A stretch of DNA of 64,000 nt from Syntrophales bacterium. Its GTDB lineage: Bacteria > Desulfobacterota > Syntrophia > Syntrophales > PHBD01. Shown in pieces: positions 1-15,528 of this stretch. The translations under genes were made by a program, and so were the position numbers. Position 1 is the stretch's first letter; each line of letters starts with the position of its first letter. Below the pieces are notes generated by a model. The model ran no database searches, was not told the origin of the DNA, and was given only the letters and a program-made list of their open reading frames with translations. The DNA is taken from positions 2,016,001 through 2,080,000 of the forward strand of contig OY764159.1 of assembly GCA_963668175.1 (NCBI GenBank). The letters run 5' to 3'.

Positions 1-1
1 C

Positions 2-1024
2 CTTGTCACCGGCAACACGGGGACGGGCAAGGAGCTGCTCGCGCTCGCCATCCACAAGAACAGCGCCCGGGCGAACGGCAATTTCGTCGTCGTGGACTGC
101 GCGGCCCTCTCCGAGACGCTCGTCGAGAGCATGCTCTTCGGATACGAGAAAGGGGCCTATACGAGCGCCGACAAGGCCAGGGAAGGGCTGATCAAACAGG
201 CCGACGGCGGCACGCTCTTCCTCGACGAGATAGGCGAGCTGCCCTTTTCCATCCAGAAGGCCTTCCTCCGGGTCCTCCAGGAGCGGCGGTTCCGGCCCCT
301 GGGGAGCAAGCAGGAGATCGAGAGCAACTTCCGCCTCATCTCCGCGACGAACCGCCGCCTCGACGAGATGGCCGCCAAGGGGGTCTTCCGCAACGACCTG
401 CTTTTCCGCCTGAAGGCCTTCACGATCGAAATTCCCGTCCTGTCGGAGCGTCTGGACGATATCCCCGCCCTCGTGCAGCACCATCTGGCGAAGATATGCC
501 AGCGCTACGGCATGCCCATGAAGGAACCCTCCCAGGATTTCCTGGACGCCCTCAAGCAGTACGACTGGCCGGGGAACGTGCGGGAGCTGATGAACACGCT
601 GGAATGGGCGCTCACGGTGGCCCACGACGACCTGACCCTGTTTCCGAAGCACCTGCCCAGCCATGTCCGCATCAAGGCCGCCCGGGCGAAGATCAAGAAA
701 GGGGGCGCCGGCAGAGCCAAACCGGCTGCGCCGGAGTTGGAGGAAGCGCAGGCCCCTCCGTTCGTGCACGAGGAGGCCCTGCCGGCGGCCGGAACGACCC
801 TGGTGACGATAACGCCGGCCGGGGGCGAGATGGCTTCCCTTCAGGAAATACGCGATGCGGCCATCGAAAGCGTGGAAAAGCAATATCTGGTAGATCTTCT
901 GGCGGTGACGGGGGCGGATATCCGTGAAGCCTGCCGGATCTCCGGGCTCTCCCGGTCCCGCCTCTACGAGTTGATGAAAAAGTACGGGATTTCCAAGACC
1001 GCCAACTATACCGTGACGTCCTGA
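2..1024 (+). CDS. Sigma54-dependent transcriptional activator (NtrC family AAA+ with C-terminal HTH), 5' truncated by window edge
   Basis: Frame open from nt 2: Walker A GNTGTGKE, ESMLFG..KGAYTSA (GAFTGA variant), Walker B LFLDEIGE, WPGNVREL, C-terminal Fis-type HTH (ACRISGLSRSRLYELMKKYGI). Confidence 0.92.
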   Translation, partial: LVTGNTGTGKELLALAIHKNSARANGNFVVVDCAALSETLVESMLFGYEKGAYTSADKAREGLIKQADGGTLFLDEIGELPFSIQKAFLRVLQERRFRPLGSKQEIESNFRLISATNRRLDEMAAKGVFRNDLLFRLKAFTIEIPVLSERLDDIPALVQHHLAKICQRYGMPMKEPSQDFLDALKQYDWPGNVRELMNTLEWALTVAHDDLTLFPKHLPSHVRIKAARAKIKKGGAGRAKPAAPELEEAQAPPFVHEEALPAAGTTLVTITPAGGEMASLQEIRDAAIESVEKQYLVDLLAVTGADIREACRISGLSRSRLYELMKKYGISKTANYTVTS

Positions 1025-1199
1025 TCCGTCCGGCAGGGCGGGTTGCCGGGGGCGAAAAAAGGATATCCGGTCTTCCTTCCGGTCCCGCCGCGACGGCGCC
1101 GGTGGACTTCGCCGCTTTCGCTAGGGATGAAAGGGTTGAAAATATCGCGGAAGTAATGTAAAAAGCCTCCCGTATGCATACCCACTGAGGAGAAAATGT

Positions 1200-1661
1200 A
1201 TGGATGTCCGGTTTATCAATCCCTTCCTGGAGGGAACCATCAGCGTTCTTTCGACCATGGCCTTCGTCAATCCCAGACCCGGCAAGCCCCGTCTGAAAGC
1301 GGACAACAAGGCCGTCGGCGACGTTTCGGGCATCATCGGCCTCACGGGCGACGCCAAGGGTTCGCTGGCCTTGAGCTTCAGCGCGGGATGCATTATCAAG
1401 ATCGTCAACAACATGCTGGGGGAATCTTTCACGGAAATCAACAGCGATATCCAGGATGCCGTCGGCGAGATTACCAACATGATCTCGGGCGACGCCCGGA
1501 AGCGTCTGGAAGCGGACGGTTTTAAGATCACCGCCGCGATCCCCACCGTGGTTTCGGGCAAAAACCACGAGATCAAACACGTCCTCCAGGGGCCGAGCAT
1601 CGTCATTCCCTTCGACATCGACGAGGGCCCCTTCGTCGTCGACGTCTGTCTGGGCAAGTAG
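1200..1661 (+). CDS. cheX: Chemotaxis phosphatase CheX
   Basis: INPFLEG, DVSGIIGLTG, DAVGEITNMISG (E-x-x-N motif), IPTVVSGKNH; RBS GAGGAG upstream. Confidence 0.93.
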   Translation: MDVRFINPFLEGTISVLSTMAFVNPRPGKPRLKADNKAVGDVSGIIGLTGDAKGSLALSFSAGCIIKIVNNMLGESFTEINSDIQDAVGEITNMISGDARKRLEADGFKITAAIPTVVSGKNHEIKHVLQGPSIVIPFDIDEGPFVVDVCLGK

Positions 1662-1794
1662 CCGAACCTTCCTTTGTAGCGGCCTTTTCGCCGCTTCTGC
1701 GCCTTTTTCTCAGGAAAATCGATCGATGTCGGCGGCATACCGCCTGCTGCCGGTGGCACAAATATTGCCTCCTGAAAAGGTGATATGAGGGGGA

Positions 1795-5772
<3,978 letters not shown>

Positions 5773-5795
5773 AGGACAGGGGAGAAGGTGTTTTC

Positions 5796-6914
5796 GTGAA
5801 CGAAGTTCCGACCGTTCTCATCGTCGACGATGCGCCGGTCAACGTCAAGATGCTCGATGCCATCTTCAGGAAGGAGGGTTTCCGGACCCTGCTTGCGGCG
5901 AGCGGTCCCGAGGGCCGCACCCTGGCCCGTTCGGCCAGACCGGACCTGATCCTCCTCGACATCATGATGCCCGAGGAAAGCGGCTTCGATACGTGCCTGA
6001 AACTGAAGCGCGACTCGGAGACGACGGATATCCCCGTGATTTTCCTCTCGGCCATGGACGACATGAAGAGCAAGGTCCACGGGCTTTCCATCGGAGCCGT
6101 GGATTACGTGACGAAGCCGTTCGAGAAGGCGGAAGTCCTGGCCCGCGCCAGGATCCATATCAAACTGAACATGGCGTACCGCGCCCTCGTCGCCGATCAG
6201 GGCGGGAAACTGAAGGAGATTCACGATGCCCAGCAGGCGATCCTCACGCGCCCGGAGGACGTCCCGGACGCCCGGTGCGCGGTCTATTACAGGTCGTTTC
6301 AGGAGGCGGGGGGGGATTTTTACGATATTTGCCCCATCGCCGAAGGCATTTACGGCTATTTCGTCGCCGATGTCAGCGGCCACGACATCCAGGCCTCGTT
6401 CTTCACCTCGGCCCTGAAGGCGATGATCCGGCAGAACGCAACGCCGATCTACACACCGAAGGATACGATCAAGATGATGAACGCCGTCCTCCCGTCGCTC
6501 CTTCGCGACGGCCAACACGTCACCGCCTGTTACGCCCATCTGAACAGGCTCCGCAAGAGGCTGACGCTCATCAGCGCCGGGCATCCGGCGGTCGTGTTCG
6601 TTTCCCGGGACGGCCGGACGGAGCTCCTGAAACCGGCGGGAGACGTCCTGGGAGTCTTCGATGCCGTCTCGCTGGAGGCGGAGGAGAGGGACGTCGCGTC
6701 GGGGGACCGGTTCTTTCTTTACACGGACGGCCTGATCGAAGGCTTCGGCGATAGCCGGAAAATGAGGAACGCCGGCATCGACATCCTTGTTTCCGCCTGC
6801 AGCCGCGCCGCAGTACTTCCTCTCGAAGAAGCCCTGCCGGCCGTTGTCGGGACCGTCTTTCCTGACGGCGTCCCGCAACAGGACGACCTGGTGCTGCTCG
6901 GCGTGGAGGTCTGA
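5796..6914 (+). CDS. Response regulator fused to SpoIIE/PP2C phosphatase (RsbU/RsbY-like)
   Basis: REC (IVDD, LLDIMMP, KPF) followed by GGDFYD, VADVSGH, LYTDGLIE, DDLVLL; GTG start after GGAGAAGG. Confidence 0.92.
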   Translation: MNEVPTVLIVDDAPVNVKMLDAIFRKEGFRTLLAASGPEGRTLARSARPDLILLDIMMPEESGFDTCLKLKRDSETTDIPVIFLSAMDDMKSKVHGLSIGAVDYVTKPFEKAEVLARARIHIKLNMAYRALVADQGGKLKEIHDAQQAILTRPEDVPDARCAVYYRSFQEAGGDFYDICPIAEGIYGYFVADVSGHDIQASFFTSALKAMIRQNATPIYTPKDTIKMMNAVLPSLLRDGQHVTACYAHLNRLRKRLTLISAGHPAVVFVSRDGRTELLKPAGDVLGVFDAVSLEAEERDVASGDRFFLYTDGLIEGFGDSRKMRNAGIDILVSACSRAAVLPLEEALPAVVGTVFPDGVPQQDDLVLLGVEV

Positions 6915-6915
6915 C

Positions 6916-7344
6916 ATGATCCAGGAAGGCAGGGAGCCGGTGACATACAGCCAGGTCTTCGCGGCCACGGCGGAAGACGTCGAGACCCAGTGCCGCGTGG
7001 CCACGGATCTACTGACGGAACAGGGACTGGATATGTACCGCTTCTCCGTGCAGCTTCTCCTCCGGGAGGCGCTCAACAACGCTGTTCTGCACGGCAGCAG
7101 AGGAAATCCGGAGCGGGCGATCTCCTTCGTGTTCAGGATAACCCCCGATGCGATCGAGATAACCGTGGGCGACGAAGGGCCGGGTTTCGACTGGCGGGGC
7201 GTCCTGGCCAGGCGGATGGACGACACCGCCGTGTCGGGCCGGGGATTGGCCATTATGACGATCTATGCCGACGATGTCAGGTTCAACGAGCGGGGCAACG
7301 CCCTGACGCTAAGGATGAACATCGCCGAAGGGAGGCAGACATGA
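6916..7344 (+). CDS. Anti-sigma factor Ser/Thr kinase (RsbW/SpoIIAB-like HATPase)
   Basis: EALNNAVLHG, DEGPGFD, SGRGLAIM, FNERGN motifs; stop overlaps next start. Confidence 0.88.
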   Translation: MIQEGREPVTYSQVFAATAEDVETQCRVATDLLTEQGLDMYRFSVQLLLREALNNAVLHGSRGNPERAISFVFRITPDAIEITVGDEGPGFDWRGVLARRMDDTAVSGRGLAIMTIYADDVRFNERGNALTLRMNIAEGRQT

Positions 7345-7643
7345 CGCAGATTGTGCAGGAGAACGGCCGTACGGTCGTCAAACCCCAGAGGGACATCGTG
7401 GTCCCGGCGACCGACGAACTGAGGCAGGAACTGAAGAACGTCATCGCCGCGGGAAGCGACCTGACCATCGATCTTACCGGGGTGGAGATCATCGACTCGA
7501 CGGGCCTGGGGCTTCTGATTTCCGCCCACAACACGCTGAAGAAGATCGGTAAGGCGCTGATCGTCACGAACGCCTCGGCCGATCTCCGCGAGCTTTTCAA
7601 AAGCATGCGGCTGGACAAGCATTTCACGGTCGCCGACGCTTAA
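7341..7643 (+). CDS. STAS-domain anti-sigma factor antagonist (RsbV/SpoIIAA-like)
   Basis: 100 aa, IDLTGVEIIDSTGLG with phosphorylatable Ser; RBS GGAGG; ATGA overlap with upstream gene. Confidence 0.9.
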   Translation: MTQIVQENGRTVVKPQRDIVVPATDELRQELKNVIAAGSDLTIDLTGVEIIDSTGLGLLISAHNTLKKIGKALIVTNASADLRELFKSMRLDKHFTVADA

Positions 7644-7655
7644 CGGGAGGACGGC

Positions 7656-10600
7656 ATGAGCTTGATGAATGACGAAACGGTGAGGATGTTCGTCGAGGAA
7701 TCGCGGGAGCACCTGTCGAGCATCGAAAACGACCTGCTCCTCATCGAGGAGGGCGGGGCGGACATCGACCTGGACCTGGTCAACAAGGTCTTCCGGGCCG
7801 CGCACTCCCTGAAGGGCGGCGCCGGTTTCCTCAATCTCGGCAAGATCAAGGAACTGGCCCACAAGACGGAGAACGTCCTCGATATGGTCCGCTCCCACGC
7901 CCTCGTTCCGAACCCGGAAGTCATCAATATCCTGCTCAACGCTTTCGACCGCCTGAAAGACCTGATCAACAACGTCGACGAGAGCGACCAGGCCGACATC
8001 TCCGATTTTATCGTTTCCCTTACAGGCCTTACGAAGGCGAACCTGCCCAAGGAGGAGAAGGAAAGCGTCAGCACGATGGTGGACATCAAACTGCCCGACG
8101 GACGCACGATCCTTTCGATCGCCGCCTTCGACCTGATGCAGGCCCGCAAGGGCGGGAACTTCATCTATCTCGTCGAATACGACCTGATCCACGACGTCCA
8201 GCGCCTGGGCAAGACCCCCTTTTCCGTCATCAAGAACATGATGGGCACGGGTATCCTCCTCGACTGCATCGTGGACGTCATGGCCGTGGGCACCCTCGAC
8301 GACGAGCCGTCCAACACGTTTCCCATGTATGTGCTCTTTGCGACGATCGTCGATCCGGACATCGTCGGAGGGCTGCTGGAACTGGACGGCGGCAAGATTC
8401 ATCCCATTTCCGAAGAACAGGGGCAACAGGGCCTGCAGACACCGGCGCCTCCCCGGGTCGTACCGCCGCCGGCGGCGGGTTACGATCCTCCCCCGGCGGA
8501 ACGCCGACCTGCAGAACCTGCCCCGGTTCCGGAACCGGGGCGTCGCGCACCCGAACCCGCGCCTGCACCCCAGCCCCCGGCAGCCCCGAGGGAACCTTCC
8601 GCTCCGGCGGCGAAGGAGCCCGCGGCCCGGGAACGGGAAGGGGGCGGGCAGGCCGATACGAGCCTCCGCGTAAACGTCCAGCTCCTCGAAACCCTCATGA
8701 ACCTGGCGGGCGAACTGGTTCTCTCCAGGAACCAGCTCCTCCAGGCCATCGCCCAGAATGAGACGCGGTCCATCAAGACCACGGGCCAGCGGATCAACAT
8801 GGTGACCTCGGAGCTCCAGGAAGCCATCATGCTGACGAGGATGCAGCCCATCGGCAACATCTTCAACAAGTTCCCCCGGGTCGTCCGCGACCTCGCCAAA
8901 ACCATGGGCAAGGAGGTGAATCTGAACCTCCTGGGGAAGGAAGTCGAGATGGACAAGACCATCATCGAGGGCCTGAGCGATCCCCTCACCCACCTGGTGA
9001 GAAACGCCGTGGACCACGGCGTCGAAATCCCCGACGAGCGGCGGCGGGCGGGTAAGACAGCCGCCGGGACGGTGACGCTTCGGGCATACCACGAGGCGGG
9101 CCAGGTGATCGTCGAGATCGGCGACGACGGGAAGGGCATCGATCCCCAGAAGATCGCGTCCGTCGGCATTTCCAAGGGCGTCGTCACGGCCGAGCAGGTG
9201 AAGACGATGTCGGATAGGGAAAAGATGGCCATGATTCTCCTGCCCGGCTTTTCCACCGCCGAGAAGGTGACGGAGATTTCCGGCCGCGGCGTCGGCATGG
9301 ACGTGGTCAAGACAAACCTCGACAAGCTGGGCGGCCAGGTGGAGATCGAATCGGAGATCAACCGCGGTTCGGTTTTCCGCATCAAGCTGCCGCTCACCCT
9401 CGCCATTATCCCCTGCCTCTTCGTGTCCGCCGGCGGCATCCGCTTTGCGGTGCCCCAGGCCAACGTGGAGGAACTGATCCGGATAACGGCGGCCCAGGTG
9501 AAGGAGAGGATCGAGAGGGTCGGCGACGCCGAGGTCCTGATCCTCCGGGGGAAGATGATCCCCATCGTGCGCCTCGACGACATCCTCGGCATCCCCCGGA
9601 CCTACGAAGATCCCTGCACCGGCGAGCGCCTGCAGGACCGCAGGCTTGCGATCGCCGAGCGCCGGTCGAAGAAACGCCCCCTCTTCGCCGACAAGCCGGA
9701 AGGCGAACCGGCGGAGCCCTGCGAAGAAGGCGAGGCGCTCCGGTCCGACGTCGAGCGGCGTTTCCGCGCCGTGAGCGATCTCAACATCGTCGTCGTCACC
9801 ATCGGGACCTTCTCTTACGGCCTCGTGGTCGAAGAACTCCACGACTCCATCGAAATCGTCATCAAGCCCCTGGGGAGGCATCTGAAGCAGCTCCGGGAGT
9901 ATGCCGGCGCCACGATCATGGGCGACGGGCGCGTGGCCCTGATCCTCGACATCAACGGGATCGCCCACCTGGCGTCGCTTACGTCCATGGCCGGAACGTC
10001 GAGGGCCAAGGAACTGGCCGACGAGGCCGACAGGGACCGCTTCGCCGACATCCAGTCGTTCCTCCTGTTCCAGAACAGCCCGGCGGAGCACTGCGCCGTC
10101 CCGCTGGACCTCGTGGAGCGGATCGAACAGATCGGGACCGCCGCCATTGAGATCGTCGGCGGCAAGAGGATACTGCAATACCGCGGGGAGAGCATGCCGC
10201 TCTTCACGCTCAACGAGCTGGCCGCCAACGTGAATCCGCTTCCCGAGCGGCACGAATACATCGTCATCGTTTTCGCCATGGCGGGACAGAGCATCGGGCT
10301 CCTGGGGGTTCCCCCCGTGGACGTCGTCGAATCCCGGATCAGCCTGAACCGTTCGACGCTGCGCCAGCCGGGCGTCATGGGATCGGCCATCATCAACGGC
10401 CATACGACGCTCATCATCGACATCCACGAATTCGTCGAAACGCTGAAGCCCGAGTGGTTCGTGGAGAGGAAGAAGACGATGACCGTCGATACCGAAGGGA
10501 CGTCGATCCTCCTCGCGGAGGATTCGGACTTCTTCCGCAACCAGGTGAAGAAATTCATGGAGGACGAGGGATTCGGTGTCCTCGCGGCGGAAGACGGCCT

Positions 10601-10892
10601 CAAGGCCTGGGAACTGCTCCAGGAGGAAGGGGAGGACGTCAAGCTCGTCGTGACGGACATCGAAATGCCCCGCATGGACGGCTACGGCCTGACGAGGCAG
10701 ATCAAGGGGGACAGCCGCTTCTCCCACCTGCCGATCATCGCCGTGACCTCCCTGGCCAGCGAGGAAGACATCGCCAGGGGCAAGGAAGCCGGCGTCGACG
10801 AATATCAGATCAAACTGGACAAAGAAAAGCTGTTGGCGGCCATACACGGCTACCTGCGCCGCAAACCGCCGAGGCAGGGAATACAACCTTAG
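7656..10892 (+). CDS. cheA: Hybrid chemotaxis kinase CheA (Hpt, Pro-rich linker, dimerisation, HATPase, two CheW domains, C-terminal REC)
   Basis: [46 protein letters not shown]-terminal LLAEDS..VTDIEMP. Confidence 0.96.
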   Translation: MSLMNDETVRMFVEESREHLSSIENDLLLIEEGGADIDLDLVNKVFRAAHSLKGGAGFLNLGKIKELAHKTENVLDMVRSHALVPNPEVINILLNAFDRLKDLINNVDESDQADISDFIVSLTGLTKANLPKEEKESVSTMVDIKLPDGRTILSIAAFDLMQARKGGNFIYLVEYDLIHDVQRLGKTPFSVIKNMMGTGILLDCIVDVMAVGTLDDEPSNTFPMYVLFATIVDPDIVGGLLELDGGKIHPISEEQGQQGLQTPAPPRVVPPPAAGYDPPPAERRPAEPAPVPEPGRRAPEPAPAPQPPAAPREPSAPAAKEPAAREREGGGQADTSLRVNVQLLETLMNLAGELVLSRNQLLQAIAQNETRSIKTTGQRINMVTSELQEAIMLTRMQPIGNIFNKFPRVVRDLAKTMGKEVNLNLLGKEVEMDKTIIEGLSDPLTHLVRNAVDHGVEIPDERRRAGKTAAGTVTLRAYHEAGQVIVEIGDDGKGIDPQKIASVGISKGVVTAEQVKTMSDREKMAMILLPGFSTAEKVTEISGRGVGMDVVKTNLDKLGGQVEIESEINRGSVFRIKLPLTLAIIPCLFVSAGGIRFAVPQANVEELIRITAAQVKERIERVGDAEVLILRGKMIPIVRLDDILGIPRTYEDPCTGERLQDRRLAIAERRSKKRPLFADKPEGEPAEPCEEGEALRSDVERRFRAVSDLNIVVVTIGTFSYGLVVEELHDSIEIVIKPLGRHLKQLREYAGATIMGDGRVALILDINGIAHLASLTSMAGTSRAKELADEADRDRFADIQSFLLFQNSPAEHCAVPLDLVERIEQIGTAAIEIVGGKRILQYRGESMPLFTLNELAANVNPLPERHEYIVIVFAMAGQSIGLLGVPPVDVVESRISLNRSTLRQPGVMGSAIINGHTTLIIDIHEFVETLKPEWFVERKKTMTVDTEGTSILLAEDSDFFRNQVKKFMEDEGFGVLAAEDGLKAWELLQEEGEDVKLVVTDIEMPRMDGYGLTRQIKGDSRFSHLPIIAVTSLASEEDIARGKEAGVDEYQIKLDKEKLLAAIHGYLRRKPPRQGIQP

Positions 10893-10911
10893 AATCATCA
10901 AGGAGGAAGTC

Positions 10912-12582
10912 ATGACGTTCTTGACGAACATGAAAATCGGAAAGCGGCTGGGTGTCGCGTTCGGGACCATTCTGCTGCTCATGGTCCTGCTGATCGCCGT
11001 GGGGTTGTATAACCTCTGGCTGCTGTCCAGCAATCTCGATTACATCACTAAAGTGAACACCCAGAAGATGATACGCGCCAACAGCGCCGCCGACGCCGTC
11101 AACGGGATCTACCTTGCGATGACAAACGCGATCATCGCGAAGGATCCTTCGGTCCAGAAGCAGGAAGTGGCCAATGTCGAGAAGGCGCGCGAGCGCTACA
11201 AGAAGGATTACGAAGAGCTGGAAAAACTGGAGACGAATGAGGAGGGCAGGAAGCTGATCGCCAAGTCCCGGGAAGTCACCGCCGCCAACCGGGACATCAA
11301 CAACAAGGTGATTGAACTCGTGCTTGCCGGGCAGCAGGCGGACACCAATGCGTTCTACACGAGCAAGGTGAAGCCCGTATCCCACAACATCCAGGATTCC
11401 GTGAACGAGATCGTGAAGTACAACGAAGAACAGATCAAGACCCGCTCCGCGGAGGCGATGAAAAGCGCGGGCACGGCCCGGATCGTCTTCATCGTCCTGG
11501 GTATCGTCCAGATCGTCCTGGCGGTCTTCCTGGGGCTGATCATCACCAAGAGCATCAAGGGGCCCGTGACCCAAGGCGTCGGCTTCGCGGAGAAGATGGC
11601 CGACGGCGACCTGACCCAGCGCCTGGACATCGTCCAGAAGGACGAGGTCGGCGACCTGGCGGCCGCCCTCAATGCGATGTCCAACCATCTCAACACGATG
11701 TTCAAGGAGATCGCCCAGGGCGTGCACACCCTCACGGCGTCGTCGACGGAACTGTCGGCCATCTCCAAGCAGATGTCTGAAGGGGCCGAGCAGACCTCGA
11801 ACAAGGCCAACCTGGTCTCCGTCGCTTCCGAGGAGATGAACTCCAACATGACGTCCGTCGCCGCCGCCATGGAGGAGGCCTCCACGAACATCAACGTCGT
11901 CGCTTCCGCGACGGAGGAGATGACGGCCACCATCAGCGAGATCGCGAAGAACACGGAAAAGGCGCGGAACATCACGACGACGGCGGTGGGCCAGTCGTCG
12001 GAGATCAACCGCAAGATCAACGACCTGGGGTCGGCCGCGAGCGAGATCGGGAAGATCACCGAGACGATCACGACCATCTCGGCCCAGACGAACCTCCTGG
12101 CCCTCAACGCGACGATCGAAGCGGCGCGCGCCGGGGCGGCCGGAAAAGGTTTCGCCGTCGTGGCCAACGAGATCAAGGAGCTGGCCCAGCAGACCGCCAC
12201 GGCCACGGACGACATCAAGAACAAGATCGAGGGCATCCAGACCTCCACGTCGGGAACCATCGGGGACATCGGCTCCATCTCGAAAACGATCCAGGAGGTG
12301 AACGAGATCGTCACGGCCATCGCGGCGGCCATCGAGGAGCAGACCGTCGTGACGAAAGACATCGCCGGGAACGTGGCCCAGGCGGCCCAGGGCATCGAGG
12401 AGGTCAACCGCAACGTCGCCCAGAGCTCGAACGTGTCCGCGAACATCGCCCAGGATATCTCCGAAGTGAACCAGGCGGCGGGCGAAATGTCGTCGTCGAG
12501 CGCCCAGGTCCAGATCAGCGCCGAGGAACTGTCCAAGGTATCGGAGCAGATCCAGGCCCTGGTGGCGAAATTCAGGGTCTGA
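10912..12582 (+). CDS. Methyl-accepting chemotaxis protein (TM-4HB sensor-TM-HAMP-MA)
   Basis: Two TM helices, HAMP (GDLT...[11 protein letters not shown]), signalling hairpin [32 protein letters not shown]. Confidence 0.96.
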   Translation: MTFLTNMKIGKRLGVAFGTILLLMVLLIAVGLYNLWLLSSNLDYITKVNTQKMIRANSAADAVNGIYLAMTNAIIAKDPSVQKQEVANVEKARERYKKDYEELEKLETNEEGRKLIAKSREVTAANRDINNKVIELVLAGQQADTNAFYTSKVKPVSHNIQDSVNEIVKYNEEQIKTRSAEAMKSAGTARIVFIVLGIVQIVLAVFLGLIITKSIKGPVTQGVGFAEKMADGDLTQRLDIVQKDEVGDLAAALNAMSNHLNTMFKEIAQGVHTLTASSTELSAISKQMSEGAEQTSNKANLVSVASEEMNSNMTSVAAAMEEASTNINVVASATEEMTATISEIAKNTEKARNITTTAVGQSSEINRKINDLGSAASEIGKITETITTISAQTNLLALNATIEAARAGAAGKGFAVVANEIKELAQQTATATDDIKNKIEGIQTSTSGTIGDIGSISKTIQEVNEIVTAIAAAIEEQTVVTKDIAGNVAQAAQGIEEVNRNVAQSSNVSANIAQDISEVNQAAGEMSSSSAQVQISAEELSKVSEQIQALVAKFRV

Positions 12583-12604
12583 CCGGCGGACGAAAGGGAA
12601 AGCC

Positions 12605-13063
12605 ATGATTGCAGCACAGAAGAAGGACGCACAGCAGACGTTCCTCGTTGCGACGTTCTACCTCGGCAGCACGTTCATGGGCATCGAGACGCTGCGGGTG
12701 CAGGAGATCATTCGAATTGTCGACGTCACCCGCGTTCATCACGCCCAGGACCATATCCTCGGCATCGTCAACCTCCGGGGCAAGATCGTCACCATCGTGG
12801 ACCTGTCGAAGAAGCTGGACCTTCCCGAGTCGGACCTCACGGACGACAGCCGGATCGTAATCGTCGACTGGAAGGACGAATACATCGGCCTTCTGGTGGA
12901 CCGTATCCTCGATGTCCGGTCCGTCGACCGGAGGGACTTCGAGCCCCCGCCGACCAACATCCAGGACCTTCAGGGGAAATACCTCCAAGGGGTCTTCCGC
13001 GGCGCAGACCACCTGATCGCCATCGTGGACGTGGACAAAGTCCTGGAAGAGGCGGAGAAATGA
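12605..13063 (+). CDS. cheW: CheW coupling protein
   Basis: VQEII, ILGIVNLRGKIVTIVDL, IGLLVDRI. Confidence 0.94.
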   Translation: MIAAQKKDAQQTFLVATFYLGSTFMGIETLRVQEIIRIVDVTRVHHAQDHILGIVNLRGKIVTIVDLSKKLDLPESDLTDDSRIVIVDWKDEYIGLLVDRILDVRSVDRRDFEPPPTNIQDLQGKYLQGVFRGADHLIAIVDVDKVLEEAEK

Positions 13064-13088
13064 CCGGGGAAGGGACGGAAAACAACGC

Positions 13089-14213
13089 ATGGCCCTGAAA
13101 GTGCTCGTGGTCGACGATACGATCGTCTACCGGAAAATTGTGACGGACATCCTGACCGAGATTCCCGAGGTGGCGGTCGTCGGCGCCGCCGGCAACGGCA
13201 AGGTCGCCCTGTCGCGCATCAAGTCGCTGAAGCCGGACCTCCTCACCCTCGACATCGAAATGCCGGAGATGAACGGCCTGGAGGTCCTTCAGGCCATCCG
13301 GAACGAACGCCTGGGAGTGGGCGCCATCGTCCTGTCGAGCCTGACGGTGAAGGGCGGCGAAATGACGATCAAGGCCCTGGAACTGGGGGCCTTCGATTTC
13401 ATCACGAAACCGGAGGGAACTACCCAGGACGCGAACCGGGCCGAGATCCGCCGGGCCCTGGAACCCCTGATCCGGGCCTACGCCCATCGCCGGGAGATAT
13501 CGACGATCCTGCAGGGAAAGGGAGCGGGACCAGCGCCGGTGACGGCGGGCTTCAAGGCGATCCCGGCCGCAACGAAACCGCCCGCCGGGGCGGAGTCGGT
13601 GGCCGCACGGATGGGCAAGATCGCGGCGCAGGCAAAGGCGGAGGTCGTGGGCATCGGAATCTCCACGGGCGGGCCGAACGCCCTGGCGGAAGTCCTGCCG
13701 AAACTGCCGGCGAATATCGACGTGCCGGTCTTTCTCGTCCAGCACATGCCGCCGAATTTCACCCACTCCCTCGCGCAAAGCCTGAACGCCAAGTGCGCCC
13801 TGACGGTCAAGGAGGCCGTGGACGGGGAATTCGTCCAGAACAACGTCGTCTACATCGCGCCGGGGGGTAAGCAGATGAAAGTGACCCTCGGCGTCGACGC
13901 CACGAAGAAAATCGTCCGCATCACCGACGATCCGCCGGAGAACAACTGCAAACCGTCGGTGGATTACCTCTTCCGGTCGATTGCCCACCACTACCTGGGG
14001 CGTGCCACGGGGGTCATCATGACGGGGATGGGGAACGACGGGACCCTGGGGCTCAAGCTGATGAAGCGCAACGGCGCCCTGGTCATCGCCCAGGACGAGG
14101 CCACGAGCGTCGTCTTCGGCATGCCGAAGGAGGCCATCGAAGCCGGCGTCGTCGACGTCGTCGTCCCCCTCGGCGGCATTCCGGACGCAATCGTCAGGAC
14201 CATAAAGAGATAG
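13089..14213 (+). CDS. cheB: Protein-glutamate methylesterase CheB (REC + esterase)
   Basis: VVDD, TLDIEMP, GISTGGP, VQHMP, MTGMGNDG, QDEATSVVFGMP. Confidence 0.97.
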   Translation: MALKVLVVDDTIVYRKIVTDILTEIPEVAVVGAAGNGKVALSRIKSLKPDLLTLDIEMPEMNGLEVLQAIRNERLGVGAIVLSSLTVKGGEMTIKALELGAFDFITKPEGTTQDANRAEIRRALEPLIRAYAHRREISTILQGKGAGPAPVTAGFKAIPAATKPPAGAESVAARMGKIAAQAKAEVVGIGISTGGPNALAEVLPKLPANIDVPVFLVQHMPPNFTHSLAQSLNAKCALTVKEAVDGEFVQNNVVYIAPGGKQMKVTLGVDATKKIVRITDDPPENNCKPSVDYLFRSIAHHYLGRATGVIMTGMGNDGTLGLKLMKRNGALVIAQDEATSVVFGMPKEAIEAGVVDVVVPLGGIPDAIVRTIKR

Positions 14214-14223
14214 ACGGGAATCC

Positions 14224-15069
14224 ATGATCAAGATTCAGCCGGAAGAATTCAAGGTCTTCTCGCGGTACGTATACAACGTCACGGGAATCCACCTGGACGA
14301 ATCGAAGACCTACCTCGTCGAGACGCGCCTGGTCAACCTGTTCAAGGACCTGGGCGCGACGTCGTTCAGCGAGCTTTACTACAAGGCCACGTCCGACGCC
14401 ACCAAGGTTATCCAGCGCAAGATCGTCGACGCCATCACCACGCAGGAGACCCTTTTCTTCCGGGACGCCTCGCCCTTCGAACTGCTCCAGTTCAAGATCC
14501 TGCCCGACCTGATCGACAGCCGGACCCGCGGCAAGACCGGCATCATGCCGACGTCGATCCGGATATGGAGCGCCGCCTGCTCGACGGGCCAGGAAATTTA
14601 CAGCATCGCCATCACCCTCAAGGAACTCCTGGGCGACATCGGCAAGTACCGGATCAGCCTGCTGGGGACCGATATCTCCGATTCGGCGGTCGCCAGGGCC
14701 AGCAAGGGCGCCTACAACAAGTTCGAGATCGAGCGCGGCCTGGCGCGGGAGAAGCTCGTCAAGTACTTCACGCCGGACAAGGACGAATGGAAGATCCGCG
14801 ACGAGGTCCGGGCGATGGCGACCTTCCGGAAGGTGAACCTCATGGAGAATTTCGTTACGCTGGGCCGCTTCGACATAATCTTCTGCCGGAATGTGGCGAT
14901 CTACTTCACCGAGCCGGACAAGGTGAAGCTCTTTACACGCTTCAAGGATGTCCTGGAGCCCGACGGCTATCTCGTCATCGGCTCCACCGAATCCCTGACG
15001 GGCCTGAACGTCCCCTTCGAGCCGAAACGCTATCTGCGGTCGGTCTTCTATCAGATCAAGGCGACCTGA
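14224..15069 (+). CDS. cheR: Chemotaxis methyltransferase CheR
   Basis: TTQETLFFRD, IWSAACSTGQEIYS, GTDIS, FDIIFCRNVAIYF, GSTESL. Confidence 0.97.
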   Translation: MIKIQPEEFKVFSRYVYNVTGIHLDESKTYLVETRLVNLFKDLGATSFSELYYKATSDATKVIQRKIVDAITTQETLFFRDASPFELLQFKILPDLIDSRTRGKTGIMPTSIRIWSAACSTGQEIYSIAITLKELLGDIGKYRISLLGTDISDSAVARASKGAYNKFEIERGLAREKLVKYFTPDKDEWKIRDEVRAMATFRKVNLMENFVTLGRFDIIFCRNVAIYFTEPDKVKLFTRFKDVLEPDGYLVIGSTESLTGLNVPFEPKRYLRSVFYQIKAT

Positions 15070-15528
15070 GCATCCCGGGCGTCTGCCTAACCGCGCGGCG
15101 CCGTCCGCTCGCACCGGACAATTTCGTAGAAATTCGCCTGGCCCCTTTATGGGTGAAACCTCCCGCCCCCGGCGACTTTATTGTCCGGTATTTCCGGACA
15201 AATCCGGAAGATCGCACGCACGGCGCTCCGGAGGCATTTCCGGTCGGTCTTTAACGTGCCCGTCGGTCATCGGGCCGGACTTCTCGGGCATTATCCTCCT
15301 ATTCCCACTTCAAATCCGCCACGTATGCCCGGAATAATAAAATTGTCGATGTAGATTTTGCTTTCTCTGTGGTATATATTAACAAAGTAGGCTTCGCCTC
15401 GTCAGAAAAAGCAAAACGTCATTCTTTACCTGATTTTAGAACTTCTTTTCAAAACACAACGCCACAGCAATAATAGATTCACCTGCGTCGCTTGGATTCC
15501 GGCATTAAGTATCGTTTTATTTGTCGAT

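Noticed and set aside
8430..8650. Pro/Ala-rich repetitive stretch in cheA
   Set aside because: Ordinary low-complexity interdomain linker; not a DNA repeat array.
15070..15528. Long intergenic region checked for riboswitch or sRNA
   Set aside because: Only short palindromes (e.g. TTCCGGA-caaa-TCCGGAA); no recognisable aptamer consensus.
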